Below the pieces are notes generated by a model, which did no database searches, had not been told where the DNA came from, and saw only the letters and a list, made by a program, of their open reading frames with translations. The translations under genes were made by a program, and so were the position numbers. A stretch of DNA of 25,600 bases from an uncultured Oligoflexus sp. (GTDB taxonomy: Bacteria > Bdellovibrionota_B > Oligoflexia > Oligoflexales > Oligoflexaceae), in assembly GCA_964236955.1 (NCBI GenBank), contig CAXSGP010000028.1, positions 22,777 through 48,376 on the forward strand. The letters are read 5' to 3'. Below, one piece after another: positions 16,193 to 25,600 of this stretch (its first letter is position 1; each line of letters opens with the position of its first letter).

Positions 16193-17581
16193 ATGCCTAA
16201 GAGATTATTACCTGATGATTTTTGTTTTGGTGCAAGCTCCTCGGCTTTCCAAACGGAGGGTGGTGCTCAGGAGGGTGGCCGCTCGCCATCCATATGGGAC
16301 AAGTTCTGCGCCAAGCCGGGAGCCATCCACGACGGTTCGAATGCCCAGCATGCCGCAGATTTCTATAACCGTTGGCCGGACGACATTCTGCTCATGAAAA
16401 GAGTGGGACTTAAAAACTATAACGCCTCGGTGTCCTGGTCGCGGGTCCTACCCGATGGCATTGGAACACTCAATATTCCCGGCCTCGATTTTTACGACCG
16501 GCTTGTCGATGGCCTGCTGGAACAGGGTATCCGCCCATGGCTGACTCTGAATCATTGGGATCTGCCACTCAAACTTGAAGAGAGCGGGGGCTGGATTCAT
16601 CGGGATATGATCTATCATTTTGCTGACTACGCTCAAAGGGTCGCCGCTTGCCTTGGCGATCGTGTTCAGAAATGGATCACTCATAATGATCCGCGGTCTC
16701 AGGCTTTCCTCGGTTACGCGACGGGAGACCATGCACCAGGAGAAAGCAAAGCCCGCTCAAACTGGCTTGCGGCTCATCACCTTCTTCTCTCCCATTCGCT
16801 GGCAAGAGAAGCCCTGCAAGCCGAAGTAAAAGTTCCAGCCGTTGAGATTGGAATCGCCCTAAGACTGACTCCCATTGTTCCCGCCTCCGACTCCGCGGCC
16901 GATTTTCGAGCTGCCATGGCAGTCGATGGAATGGAAAACCGATGGTTTCTCGATGCTCTTTTCAAAGGCGAATACCCTGAGGATATCTTTCCAACGGCCA
17001 AGTCGGAAAGCGGGCCGACGGGAGTCGACTGGATCGTGCGCGGCGACATGGAAAAGCTTAAGGACTCGGTGGATTTTCTCGGGGTGAACTTCTATAGCCG
17101 AAAGATCGTGCGGACTCAGGAGAAAAAAACGGCCAAGCAAAAACCTGCGGTCTTTAGCAATAAGAAAGATCAGACGGATATGGGCTGGGAGCTTGTTCCC
17201 GACAGCCTAAAGGAGCTGCTCCTTGAACTTTCGGAAAAATATAAACCCAAGGCGATCTATATCACAGAAAATGGGGCCGCTTACAGCGATGCTCCGGATG
17301 CTGAAGGCCGCATTCGCGATTCGCGTCGGGCTTCCTATATTTCCCGCCATCTGGAAGCTGTGCGGGAAGCCATCGACCACGGGGCTCCCGTCCAAGGGTA
17401 TTTTGTTCGCTCCTTCCTCGACAGCTTTGAATGGACGGAAGGTTATTCAAAACGATACGGAATGGTCTGGGTAGACTTTGAAACCCAGGAACGCATTCTG
17501 AAAGAGAGCGCCCATTGGTACAAACGGGTCATCGATACCAGGGATCACGATTGGATGCCTAGCGTAGACTATCGGGAGTAG
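16193..17581 (+). CDS. Glycoside hydrolase family 1 (beta-glucosidase-like) with an atypical active site
   Basis: FCFGASSSAFQTEGG, SIWDKF, HWDLP, THNDP, YITENG, FEWTEGYSKRYG. ATG at 16193; TTG at 16178 also possible. Confidence 0.92.
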   Translation: MPKRLLPDDFCFGASSSAFQTEGGAQEGGRSPSIWDKFCAKPGAIHDGSNAQHAADFYNRWPDDILLMKRVGLKNYNASVSWSRVLPDGIGTLNIPGLDFYDRLVDGLLEQGIRPWLTLNHWDLPLKLEESGGWIHRDMIYHFADYAQRVAACLGDRVQKWITHNDPRSQAFLGYATGDHAPGESKARSNWLAAHHLLLSHSLAREALQAEVKVPAVEIGIALRLTPIVPASDSAADFRAAMAVDGMENRWFLDALFKGEYPEDIFPTAKSESGPTGVDWIVRGDMEKLKDSVDFLGVNFYSRKIVRTQEKKTAKQKPAVFSNKKDQTDMGWELVPDSLKELLLELSEKYKPKAIYITENGAAYSDAPDAEGRIRDSRRASYISRHLEAVREAIDHGAPVQGYFVRSFLDSFEWTEGYSKRYGMVWVDFETQERILKESAHWYKRVIDTRDHDWMPSVDYRE

Positions 17582-17615
17582 ACTACTGCGGATTTTTATC
17601 AGCGAGGGTAGGAGC

Positions 17616-18158
17616 ATGAAATCAGTTTTTGCGGAATCCTGCGTCGACGCCATTAACTTTCTATGCGCTCCCTGGAACCGTCTCCGTGACAGGATTTGGA
17701 TCACGCGCAATGAGGAAATTGATGAGGACCTTTCGGAGGACGGGAATCTGAGCGAGGTCGAACGGATTGTTGCCGAACTCGCGATTAGCCTCTTTGATCC
17801 GGAAAGTTCAGCTAAAATACATGATATCGCCAGGCTCGATGACAACGATTATGAACGATTTTTTCTGGCGATGAAAATCGTTCGTCGCAGCTCCGAGCTT
17901 GCTGAGGTCAATGAAGGGGATTTGGTGCGCACGATCTCTTATCGCAAGATAATGGCCTTGGCGGAACGCAAAGGCATCCCGGTGACACTTTTTGAAGACC
18001 TGCGTTTTCCCGGTAATCCCTTTATCAAAGAACTTATCCCCTTTTGTGGAGAGGAGCTGAGAGTCCTTGCCGTTCATGACGATGGTGCGATGGACCTGGC
18101 CTGCGGTGCCGACGAATGGACCTGGCCTCGCGAATGGATTTCAGGAAAGTCGCGGTAG
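17616..18158 (+). CDS. Hypothetical protein
   Basis: 180-aa ORF, GAGGGTAGGAG upstream, co-oriented 34 bp after GH1. Confidence 0.75.
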   Translation: MKSVFAESCVDAINFLCAPWNRLRDRIWITRNEEIDEDLSEDGNLSEVERIVAELAISLFDPESSAKIHDIARLDDNDYERFFLAMKIVRRSSELAEVNEGDLVRTISYRKIMALAERKGIPVTLFEDLRFPGNPFIKELIPFCGEELRVLAVHDDGAMDLACGADEWTWPREWISGKSR

Positions 18159-18192
18159 AGAGCGCCCGCTGCGCCGGTGTTCCATCCCTTGA

Positions 18193-18843
18193 TTAGGCTT
18201 TGATTCCCGCCCAATAGCAGCGGCCGGGCAGGAGGAGATAAGCCTCGCCTTTGGGGCTGATCTTCTGACTATAGGAAAGATCTTCCATCATCCGATAGAG
18301 ATGAGGCAGTTCTTCAAACTCATTGGCCATGACTAGGATAGGCTCCTGCCTCTGTTTCCATTGAAAACCCTTGAGGGCTTGCTCCGCAGAGCGATCCGCA
18401 TGATAGGGAAATTCCCGTCGATCGAGCGGTCCACCTAGAAAGTTTTGGCAGGATGCAATTCTTTCGCCTTTGGCACAGACGACCCGAGCTTTCGTCAGGC
18501 TCGGGGGGTCAAGCCAGATTTCAAGAAAAAAAGCCTCAGTCTTAAGCTCATCTTCAAGAATTTTTTGCCAGGCGAGGTAAGTACGGGCCAGCCACTCCGA
18601 AAGGAGTCGCTGCACGGCTGGAGAGAATATCCTGTCTGGAATGGACGCCTCATCGGCGGCAAGAGCACCATCGGATGCTGATGCCGATGGCGTGCGGACC
18701 ACAAAGGGATTGATAGTCACGGCCCAGGCGCTGAACTCCTGATCCCTATGAAACTTTTCCAGATCAAGTGCTGGCAGGCTACGAAGGTTTCGTTCCAACT
18801 GCCTTAGTCTTCTTTTGCCGCCGCGCAACTTGCCCATGGACAC
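18193..18843 (-). CDS. Hypothetical protein
   Basis: 216-aa ORF co-oriented downstream of ogt; basic N-terminus KLRGGKRRLRQL. Start at 18843 or 18837. Confidence 0.7.
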   Translation of the reverse strand: MSMGKLRGGKRRLRQLERNLRSLPALDLEKFHRDQEFSAWAVTINPFVVRTPSASASDGALAADEASIPDRIFSPAVQRLLSEWLARTYLAWQKILEDELKTEAFFLEIWLDPPSLTKARVVCAKGERIASCQNFLGGPLDRREFPYHADRSAEQALKGFQWKQRQEPILVMANEFEELPHLYRMMEDLSYSQKISPKGEAYLLLPGRCYWAGIKA

Positions 18844-18909
18844 CTCAAAGTCTGAATCGATTCATGAGTTTAGACGAGGGCATTGGTAGATTTCAAAGCA
18901 AACTTAGCG

Positions 18910-19377
18910 TTAGGACGAAATCATCAGGCCCTCGATTGCAAGAAGGGTTTTCTTCAGTTCGATGCCACCGGAAAAGCCGTGAAGTTTACCTAGGGAGGAA
19001 ATCACCCGATGACAGGGAATAATCACCGGCAAAGGATTTCTGCCGTTCGCAGCTCCGACTGCCCGCATGGCCTTAGGCCGCCCCATGGCCTTGGCTTGTT
19101 CGCCGTAGGACATCGTTTGACCATAGGGGATTTTTCGTAGAGTCGCCCAAGCCTCTCTTTGAAAGGCGGTGCCTATTTTCAGATCAATGGGCACGTCAAA
19201 GGTCTGGCGTTGGCCCTCAAAATATTGCTGAAGCTCGGCAATAGCCTGCAAAAGGATAGGATCATCGGTTGCCTCAGGCGGACTATCGATTGCGAGGCAA
19301 TCGATTTGCGTCACACCTTCGGAGCTTGCATAGATTCTCATACTTCCACCCAGGCTCTTTATACAAACGGATTTCAT
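18910..19377 (-). CDS. ogt: Methylated-DNA--protein-cysteine methyltransferase
   Basis: GTAFQREAW, IPYGQTMSYG, AVGAANGRNP, active site IPCHRVI. ATG at 19377 with AGGAG RBS. Confidence 0.95.
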   Translation of the reverse strand: MKSVCIKSLGGSMRIYASSEGVTQIDCLAIDSPPEATDDPILLQAIAELQQYFEGQRQTFDVPIDLKIGTAFQREAWATLRKIPYGQTMSYGEQAKAMGRPKAMRAVGAANGRNPLPVIIPCHRVISSLGKLHGFSGGIELKKTLLAIEGLMISS

Positions 19378-19455
19378 TCTGCTGCTCCTATCCACTAGCC
19401 AGTTGAAGCGATTCATTGCACAATAAGCTTGAAAATCACACGCTGGGGTTAACTT

Positions 19456-20784
19456 ATGAAGCGCAGTTTGCAAGCACCGACGGAGGCCTCCTCCCGTACT
19501 TTCACCATCTATTGCGGTCGTGACAAGTCCCTGACCCATCGTGCCATTATGTTTGCATCTCTATCCGAAGGAACCAGCCACATTCGCTATCCCTTGCTGG
19601 GAGCCGATTGCCTATCGTCTATATCCTGCTTTGAAGCGCTTGGGGTCAAGATCGATATTCAAAAAGAAGACCAGGATACCATCCAGGTCTCTTCGGCTGG
19701 CTATAAGAATTTTCAACAACCGGCGCGGGACTTGGACTGTGGAAACAGTGGGACCACGGCCCGACTTATACTCGGCATATTGTCTGCTCAAAAGGGTTTG
19801 AACTTTCGGTTGCTGGGTGATGAAAGCCTGTCAAAAAGACCCATGAAACGCGTTGTCGTTCCCCTTCGCGCGATGGGGGCCGTCATCGAAGGACTCGATG
19901 GAGGCAATTTTTTGCCACTGAGTATACGCGGCCAGCAGCTCAAGCCGGCCAGTCATAGGGTGGACAAGGCAAGCGCTCAGGTAAAATCCTGTCTGCTCCT
20001 GGCGGGAATGTTTTGCGAAGGCACGACTACTGTCGAACTCCCTAAAGGATCGCGGGATCATACCGAAAGAGTTCTGCAAACTATGGGCGCGGACATCACG
20101 ACAGAGATAAGGGAAGACCTGGAAAAGATCACCTTGAAGGGCCCTTTCATCACTAAGGCTATCAATCTGTCGATACCCGTTGACCCGTCGTCAGCCGCAT
20201 TTTTTGCCGTCCTTGGCTTGCTTCGAACGGCTGGTCTCATTGAAATGCCTGACGTTCTCGACAACCCAACCCGCACCGGATTCATGAAGGTCCTTAATCG
20301 TATGAGTCAGGGCCTGAGTTTTGTCAGCAGCAAGAGTCAGGATTTTGTTGAGCCCATAGGCCTCCTCACGGTCCAAGGCGGATTGGGTTTAAAGGGAACG
20401 ACCATTGAAGAGCATGAGGTGCCGTCCCTTGTCGACGAGATTCCAATATTGGCGGTTGCTGCTGCATTTGCGCAAGGCCCATCGTTATTTTGCGGCTTGG
20501 CTGAGCTGCGCGTGAAGGAAAGCGACCGTTTGATTCTGACGGCTGCTTTGCTGAAAGCGGCTGGGGCTCATTATGAAATTCGCGGCGATGACCTTTGGAT
20601 CGCAGGCGGCCTGGCAGAAGTTACAGCCTTTGAATTTGATCCCGAGGGCGATCATCGCTTGGCCATGTCGGCGGCTATTCTGGCTCGTCGTTGCAAAAAG
20701 CCGAGTTGTATTTTAGATTCGGAATGTGTACGAGTGAGCTTTCCGAATTTCTACGAAGCCCTAGACTCTGTCAATACATTCTAA
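19456..20784 (+). CDS. aroA: 3-phosphoshikimate 1-carboxyvinyltransferase (EPSP synthase)
   Basis: DKSLTHRA, DCGNSGTTARL, GDESLSKRPM, ASAQVKS, SRDHTER, DPSSAAF, NPTR, ELRVKESDR, DHRLAM, VSFPNF. Confidence 0.97.
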   Translation: MKRSLQAPTEASSRTFTIYCGRDKSLTHRAIMFASLSEGTSHIRYPLLGADCLSSISCFEALGVKIDIQKEDQDTIQVSSAGYKNFQQPARDLDCGNSGTTARLILGILSAQKGLNFRLLGDESLSKRPMKRVVVPLRAMGAVIEGLDGGNFLPLSIRGQQLKPASHRVDKASAQVKSCLLLAGMFCEGTTTVELPKGSRDHTERVLQTMGADITTEIREDLEKITLKGPFITKAINLSIPVDPSSAAFFAVLGLLRTAGLIEMPDVLDNPTRTGFMKVLNRMSQGLSFVSSKSQDFVEPIGLLTVQGGLGLKGTTIEEHEVPSLVDEIPILAVAAAFAQGPSLFCGLAELRVKESDRLILTAALLKAAGAHYEIRGDDLWIAGGLAEVTAFEFDPEGDHRLAMSAAILARRCKKPSCILDSECVRVSFPNFYEALDSVNTF

Positions 20785-20845
20785 AAGCCCACGATCGGGT
20801 TATTTTACCAGATTTGGTTCTTCAAAAAAGCTGCCGGAGTTCGTC

Positions 20846-21547
20846 ATGAATCAGTCCAAGCATCCTTGCATTATCGTCGCGGTCGATGGTCCCGCTGGCG
20901 CTGGCAAGAGCAGCGTTTGCTCTAGAATATGTAAGCGCCTTGGGTGGACTTACGTCAATACGGGCTTTCTCTATCGTGCCGTAGCCTATATCTGTCGGCA
21001 GCGCCAGATCGAGCTCAAGGATGAAGCAGCCATGGCTAGGATTATCGATGCATTTACAAAAAGTCTGATTTGGGAGCCCGATACTCAAGCCGTCTGGTTT
21101 GAAGACCAAAATATTTCCAAATTTCTCTACACCGACCTTGCCGGTAAGGATGCGAGTTTTATCGCCACCAATCCTTTGGTCCGCGAGAAGCTCCTGCCCT
21201 TGCAAAGGGATCTCGCCCTGCGCTCTCCGGTAGGCGCCGTGGTCGATGGTCGCGACATAGGCAGCGTGGTCTTTCCAGATGCCGACCTTAAAATCTTTTT
21301 GACGGCATCGATCGACGAACGCGCCCGTCGGCGTATCCATCAATTAAAGGATGGGGCGGCGGCGACCGCTGAAGAATTTGAAACGATTAAAAAGAGTATC
21401 ATCGATAGAGATTCCCAGGATGCTGATCGGGGCGTGGCGCCTTTGATACAGCCACCCGATGCGATCCTGGTCGATACCAGCAATCTGCGCATGGATTTGA
21501 CAGTCGAAAAATTGATTGAACTCATCAAAGACAAAAAGCTTGCCTGA
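20846..21547 (+). CDS. cmk: Cytidylate kinase
   Basis: VAVDGPAGAGKSS, TGFLYRA, DGRDIGSVVFPDA, LTAS...RARRR, RDSQD; conserved aroA-cmk order. Confidence 0.97.
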   Translation: MNQSKHPCIIVAVDGPAGAGKSSVCSRICKRLGWTYVNTGFLYRAVAYICRQRQIELKDEAAMARIIDAFTKSLIWEPDTQAVWFEDQNISKFLYTDLAGKDASFIATNPLVREKLLPLQRDLALRSPVGAVVDGRDIGSVVFPDADLKIFLTASIDERARRRIHQLKDGAAATAEEFETIKKSIIDRDSQDADRGVAPLIQPPDAILVDTSNLRMDLTVEKLIELIKDKKLA

Positions 21548-21569
21548 GCTTGCTTTATTATAGCCATAT

Positions 21570-21612
21570 AAAAAAATCGCAGTGACCTTACAAAGATCAC
21601 TGCGATTTTTTT
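21570..21612. terminator. Bidirectional intrinsic terminator
   Basis: AAAAAAATCGCAGTGA...TCACTGCGATTTTTTT inverted repeat between convergent genes. Confidence 0.9.
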
Positions 21613-21624
21613 GCTGATTGGCGA

Positions 21625-22497
21625 TCAACGGGCCGCGTAGCGACGCATTATCCTATTTATCACTGGCCTATGCCGTCTGCCTAACCGGGCCTTCGGTTCC
21701 TTTCCCTCACCCACCGGGATAAGGTCTGCCTGGATCTCCTCCCCCTTGGAATTAAAAAATTCGCGTGCATCCGCAAAAAATTCCTCCGCGTTTCGTCCAT
21801 CGCCGCGTCGCTCGTCCTCAAATTGAAGAAGCTTTGTCACGAGCGTTCCAAAGTGTCGATCAAAATCCAGTCGTAGAGACTTTTGCGCGACGTTTAACTC
21901 CTTCATTTCCGGCACGAGTTCGCCCAGCAGACCCTGCATCTCGCGAAGCCGCATATGGACAGCCTTAAGCTCGGCATTAAGCTCAAGTAAGCGCTCATTT
22001 TGATTGCGAAGGAGTTTATCATGTCTCTGCCATGGGAGGTCGGGATTGCTTTCTTCCTGAGGCTGAGTTAGGCTCTGAAATTTGGTCGGAAGACGTTCAA
22101 ATTCACCCTTCATCCAAAATTTCTGCTCGACACTAAGCTGCTGGAGCTTATCGTTTAGGACCTGGAGGACATCGTTAAATCTATCATCGAGATTCTCGAC
22201 GGCCTGCTCGATGGCTTTGGATGAACTAAGATGGGTAGCAGTGGCGCGGGTCCAGTCGAGATAGTCTTTAAGATCACATTCTCTATAGACGGGTCTTATA
22301 TAACGATCGCGACGCACGCGGGCGACCCTCAGTTCCCGTCCGGAAATCTGATTGAGTCGGGATCGTTTGATGCCGAGATAAGCCATCGCCTGATCGGTAT
22401 CAAAAGTGAATTCTTCAATAATATTCTCATCACCTCTTAGGGTGAGTATCATGGGCAGAGTCTGGTCTTTTTGCGAAACACTGACTTCAAAGGGCAT
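21625..22497 (-). CDS. Putative DNA-binding protein: N-terminal HTH (excisionase/MerR-like) plus coiled coil
   Basis: FDTDQAMAYLGIKRSRLNQI...PVYRECDLKDYL, then heptad-rich helices and an Arg-rich tail. ATG at 22497 with GAGG RBS. Confidence 0.72.
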   Translation of the reverse strand: MPFEVSVSQKDQTLPMILTLRGDENIIEEFTFDTDQAMAYLGIKRSRLNQISGRELRVARVRRDRYIRPVYRECDLKDYLDWTRATATHLSSSKAIEQAVENLDDRFNDVLQVLNDKLQQLSVEQKFWMKGEFERLPTKFQSLTQPQEESNPDLPWQRHDKLLRNQNERLLELNAELKAVHMRLREMQGLLGELVPEMKELNVAQKSLRLDFDRHFGTLVTKLLQFEDERRGDGRNAEEFFADAREFFNSKGEEIQADLIPVGEGKEPKARLGRRHRPVINRIMRRYAAR

Positions 22498-22516
22498 AAG
22501 TTCCTCTTCAGGGACC

Positions 22517-23941
22517 TTATGGAGTTCCCGAAACTTTAGAGAGCCGGGCACGCCACTTATCGAGGTTTTTGAATACGTCCAGGATTTTATAGTCCTTCTT
22601 GTTCTCAAAGAAAAGCTGGAACGACATGAAGTGCTCCCCTTCTCTAAATCTCGTCAAATCGAAGTAGAGTCCGAAGTTGACGGGACTCTGTATCAAAGGA
22701 TTCAGCAGATTGTTATCGCGGGCCTTGAGTTCGGAGCCGCTTTTTTCGCTTACATAATAATAGGGGACGTTGCGATCCTGTAGCATGGTATGGGAAGGCT
22801 TTAGCATGATGTACATCATCCTATCCTCCCCGACCAGACTGGCCCAATAGTCCTTTTCAATCGGCACGTCTTTTTTAAGGAAACTAAAGAGATTCGCCTC
22901 GGCATCGACCAGGTCCTGATAGGATCGCATATTCGTATCGAACTGATAATGTCTTGGACTCTCGGTCAGCGAGAAACCATAATAAAAACCGCTGCCTTTG
23001 TTCAGACTCTTGATGCCATCGAGAGGGTTATAGATGATGGCGGGCAGTATCACCGAATTTGAGAAAAAACTCACTTCGGTATACATGCCGACTTCAAAGT
23101 TGAGCTTTAAGAAGGTGTAGATGAACGTCACCCGGACGATAGTACGGATCGGCCCTGTTTTAAAGGCCTCCAGTCGACTGTTGACCGAACGGTGATTGAC
23201 CTGAACGGTTAGAAAGTACTTGAGGTCGGCCTTTGCATAGAAGGTTGAGGAATCGATCAGCGGCACATTGCTGGGTGGAATCGGAGTCACGCCGGTGTTG
23301 ACACCCGCCGCACTCTTGTTGGGCGGTATCATCTCCACGCCGTTGACCACGAGGTAATTTTTTTTGTCAAAACGATAGCGATAACGTGAGGTGACGACTT
23401 CCCCTGAACCGAGACTGAAGACCACATATTTTTCGGTGCTTACCGCCGGAGGATTTTGACTGAAAACGGCGATATAGACCGCACCCTCGCGCACTCCGTT
23501 ATGCTCAAAATCCTGACTGCCCGGAGGGGTGAGCTTGAGTTCATAGACATTTTCCGGCACTTTATTTTCAGGCCAAGAGGTAGGCCGCATGACTTCACCG
23601 ACATCATCGCCCATGAACGAAAGCTCATCGGCTTCGCTGAAGACCCCGTCCCCGGTTTTGGCATTGGGAATAGGGCCATCGGGCATCACATAGTCGCCGA
23701 TCCTATTGACTTCATCGATTTGAAAGGGAATAGGGTAGGCGACGCCTTTGGCATCGGTGCGATAGAGTCGATAATTTTGGACTGGATAATCCGCTATATC
23801 CTTCAGCTTTCTGGCTGGAATAATCACGGGAGCCCGATGGATTCCTGCAAGCAGGCCTTGAGCACCAATAATGACGAGGATAAGGCTTGCTACCAACATT
23901 CGAATCGAGCGTAACATACCGTGCATGAAACCAAACCCCAT
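22517..23941 (-). CDS. Hypothetical exported beta-rich protein
   Basis: 474-aa ORF with signal-peptide-like MLVASLILVIIGAQGLLA and IPFQIDE motif. Start uncertain (23941/23926/23917/23899). Confidence 0.8.
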   Translation of the reverse strand: MGFGFMHGMLRSIRMLVASLILVIIGAQGLLAGIHRAPVIIPARKLKDIADYPVQNYRLYRTDAKGVAYPIPFQIDEVNRIGDYVMPDGPIPNAKTGDGVFSEADELSFMGDDVGEVMRPTSWPENKVPENVYELKLTPPGSQDFEHNGVREGAVYIAVFSQNPPAVSTEKYVVFSLGSGEVVTSRYRYRFDKKNYLVVNGVEMIPPNKSAAGVNTGVTPIPPSNVPLIDSSTFYAKADLKYFLTVQVNHRSVNSRLEAFKTGPIRTIVRVTFIYTFLKLNFEVGMYTEVSFFSNSVILPAIIYNPLDGIKSLNKGSGFYYGFSLTESPRHYQFDTNMRSYQDLVDAEANLFSFLKKDVPIEKDYWASLVGEDRMMYIMLKPSHTMLQDRNVPYYYVSEKSGSELKARDNNLLNPLIQSPVNFGLYFDLTRFREGEHFMSFQLFFENKKDYKILDVFKNLDKWRARLSKVSGTP

Positions 23942-24185
23942 GTCCTATGCTACCTTTTGCACCGAACATGGTTCCCATATCACCTCATCCCTTGGACAAA
24001 GCAGACTTTAGGGCCTCATGTCGCTATCGTAATCGCTGCGGGTATTCTAACACAGGTTTCTCCCATTATTTGATGATTATCCGCAAAATTATTCTTATGA
24101 CCCCTGTCAATTGGAATGGATCCGGACAGGACTGGCCTAAATGCAGACGGGGCTTTAAGATGAGGCTTGAGAAGGAGGAAAAACC

Positions 24186-24656
24186 ATGCGCTTAAAAAAT
24201 ATTGTGAACGTGCTCCTGCTGCTCGGGCCAGCACTCTTCACGCGCCTCAGCCTGGCGAGTCCACGAATCGTTTTTCCATTCGCGGTCAACTGGGAGATAC
24301 TAAGATCAGGATTTAACAGCACTTTGGACGTGGCTTTGGAGGCGGACACCTATGGTGAAGAATGGATCTTGGAAATCGATCACGATCAGGGGACCACGCT
24401 TCGCACGCCGCGGGGCACCACGCCTGTGATCGGTGTAAAGAGTTCCGATGATCCTGCCGATCGCGCCCCATTCGATCTCCTGGTCATCAATGAGCCGGAG
24501 CTTGCGCGCCTCTTGGGGATTCATCAGGAAGGGCCGCTGTCGACACAGCAGGAGGTCTTTTTGGAATTTCGAAGCGACGGTCCCGATGAGCAGACGTTTA
24601 CCTTCAAGGCCAATCCCAAATATTTTGTGAGCGTCTCATTAAAATTTCAATTGTAA
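24186..24656 (+). CDS. Hypothetical exported protein
   Basis: AAGGAGG RBS; signal-peptide-like MRLKNIVNVLLLLGPALFTRLSLA. Confidence 0.8.
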   Translation: MRLKNIVNVLLLLGPALFTRLSLASPRIVFPFAVNWEILRSGFNSTLDVALEADTYGEEWILEIDHDQGTTLRTPRGTTPVIGVKSSDDPADRAPFDLLVINEPELARLLGIHQEGPLSTQQEVFLEFRSDGPDEQTFTFKANPKYFVSVSLKFQL

Positions 24657-24701
24657 GTCCGGTCCGCTCGAAATGCCCCACCCAAAAGGAAAAGTCTGGC
24701 C

Positions 24702-25448
24702 CTAGTGGACCGACAGGTAGCTGCGAATGTCGTCCTTTCGAGCTGTTTCGTAGGCTTTCTCCCACAGAGACTGCAAGGTGGTATGAGTCGATACCAGTAC
24801 TTCCTTGAAATAAGACTGAGCCGCAGAACGCGTCGTGAGACCAATGACGACCGGTATATAGCGGTGAAAACGGCCATTATCATGGGTAAGTATGATATCA
24901 ACGAAGGATTTTACCGCACTGGGACTGGCCAGGCAGACGATGCAGGGATCGGCCGTCAGTTTTTGGATCTGCGTCGCTTCAAGGTTTTTTACAGGCTCGG
25001 TCTTGTACATGGCGATATCGTGGACTTCAAGACCACGCGAGCGCAGATAATCGCTCAATTCAAAGGCGACATCGATAGGCCGGGGAAACCAAACGGAGGC
25101 CGTTTTTTTGATTTCAAGACTCAAGGATTCCGCAAATTTTTTGGCCGATTGAGCTTCGATAAGCCGGGCCTTAAGATTGAGGCCGAGAAGATATTTATAA
25201 GTCTCGAGGCCAAACGTGATGTATTCGGGCTTTTGGAGAAGCTCCTTTGACAATTGCGATTTTTGCATGAAGACTGAGGCAGCTTTTTTGCTCGTCAGAA
25301 TGATCAAATCACAGGGTTTTTGCGGAAGTTTTGGACAGATCTCAATTTGGCGCGTTAATGGGAACAGGATAACGTGTTGAGTGGAACGCATCAATTTTTG
25401 ATCGTTTTCCCAGTCTTCCGCAGGTCTCGTCCAAATAATCTGTTTCAT
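24702..25448 (-). CDS. hemD: Uroporphyrinogen-III synthase
   Basis: IIWTRP, IILTSKKAA, TFGLET, LRSRGLEV...MYKT, LASPSAVKSF, VIGLTT. Frame stays open upstream to the window edge. Confidence 0.85.
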   Translation of the reverse strand: MKQIIWTRPAEDWENDQKLMRSTQHVILFPLTRQIEICPKLPQKPCDLIILTSKKAASVFMQKSQLSKELLQKPEYITFGLETYKYLLGLNLKARLIEAQSAKKFAESLSLEIKKTASVWFPRPIDVAFELSDYLRSRGLEVHDIAMYKTEPVKNLEATQIQKLTADPCIVCLASPSAVKSFVDIILTHDNGRFHRYIPVVIGLTTRSAAQSYFKEVLVSTHTTLQSLWEKAYETARKDDIRSYLSVH

Positions 25449-25600
25449 GGCTGTGCTTTTCCCTTCACTCAGATCTTTTAGCTCTTCCGACTTTTCGTTA
25501 CACTCGAAGGCAACTAAAGGGAGTCCGCACCAAGTGATAGTTCTCGATGCCGTTTCGAAATCATACGATAATACGCCCATCTTGAAAAACATTAGCTTTA

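Noticed and set aside
19378..19539. N-terminal extension of ogt in the ORF track
   Set aside because: Overlaps the aroA start; ATG 19377 has an RBS and gives a typical 155-aa Ogt.
22498..22608. Upstream extension of the HTH-coiled-coil ORF
   Set aside because: Overlaps the preceding gene; ATG 22497 has an RBS.

Overview
Gene-dense bacterial chromosomal window with about 26 CDS and no rRNA, tRNA, CRISPR array, transposase or integrase visible. Gene style suggests Bdellovibrionota/Oligoflexia or a related lineage (inference only). Recognisable genes: a single-domain response regulator, a Lys/Ala-rich histone H1-like protein, pyrD, a SAMHD1/COG1078-like HD hydrolase, an FmdB zinc ribbon, IHF-beta/HU, a PmtA-like methyltransferase, a class-3 lipase, a Fic protein, a REC-TPR-REC-TPR protein, a GH1 enzyme, ogt, aroA-cmk and hemD. 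Most interesting: (1) a candidate nucleoid-condensation module, where the H1-like gene has a sigma28-type promoter, a structured ~160-nt leader and an ssrA-like C-terminal ALAAA, next to an SMC/YhaN-like coiled-coil protein with degenerate ATPase motifs; (2) an exact 8-residue in-frame deletion in IHF/HU; (3) a junction near 12.48 kb where two divergent ORFs both seem to lack 5' ends; (4) a GH1 with several substituted active-site residues; (5) a second sigma28-type promoter driving a protein with two pseudo-receiver domains. All functional claims come from reading motifs by eye; no searches were run.
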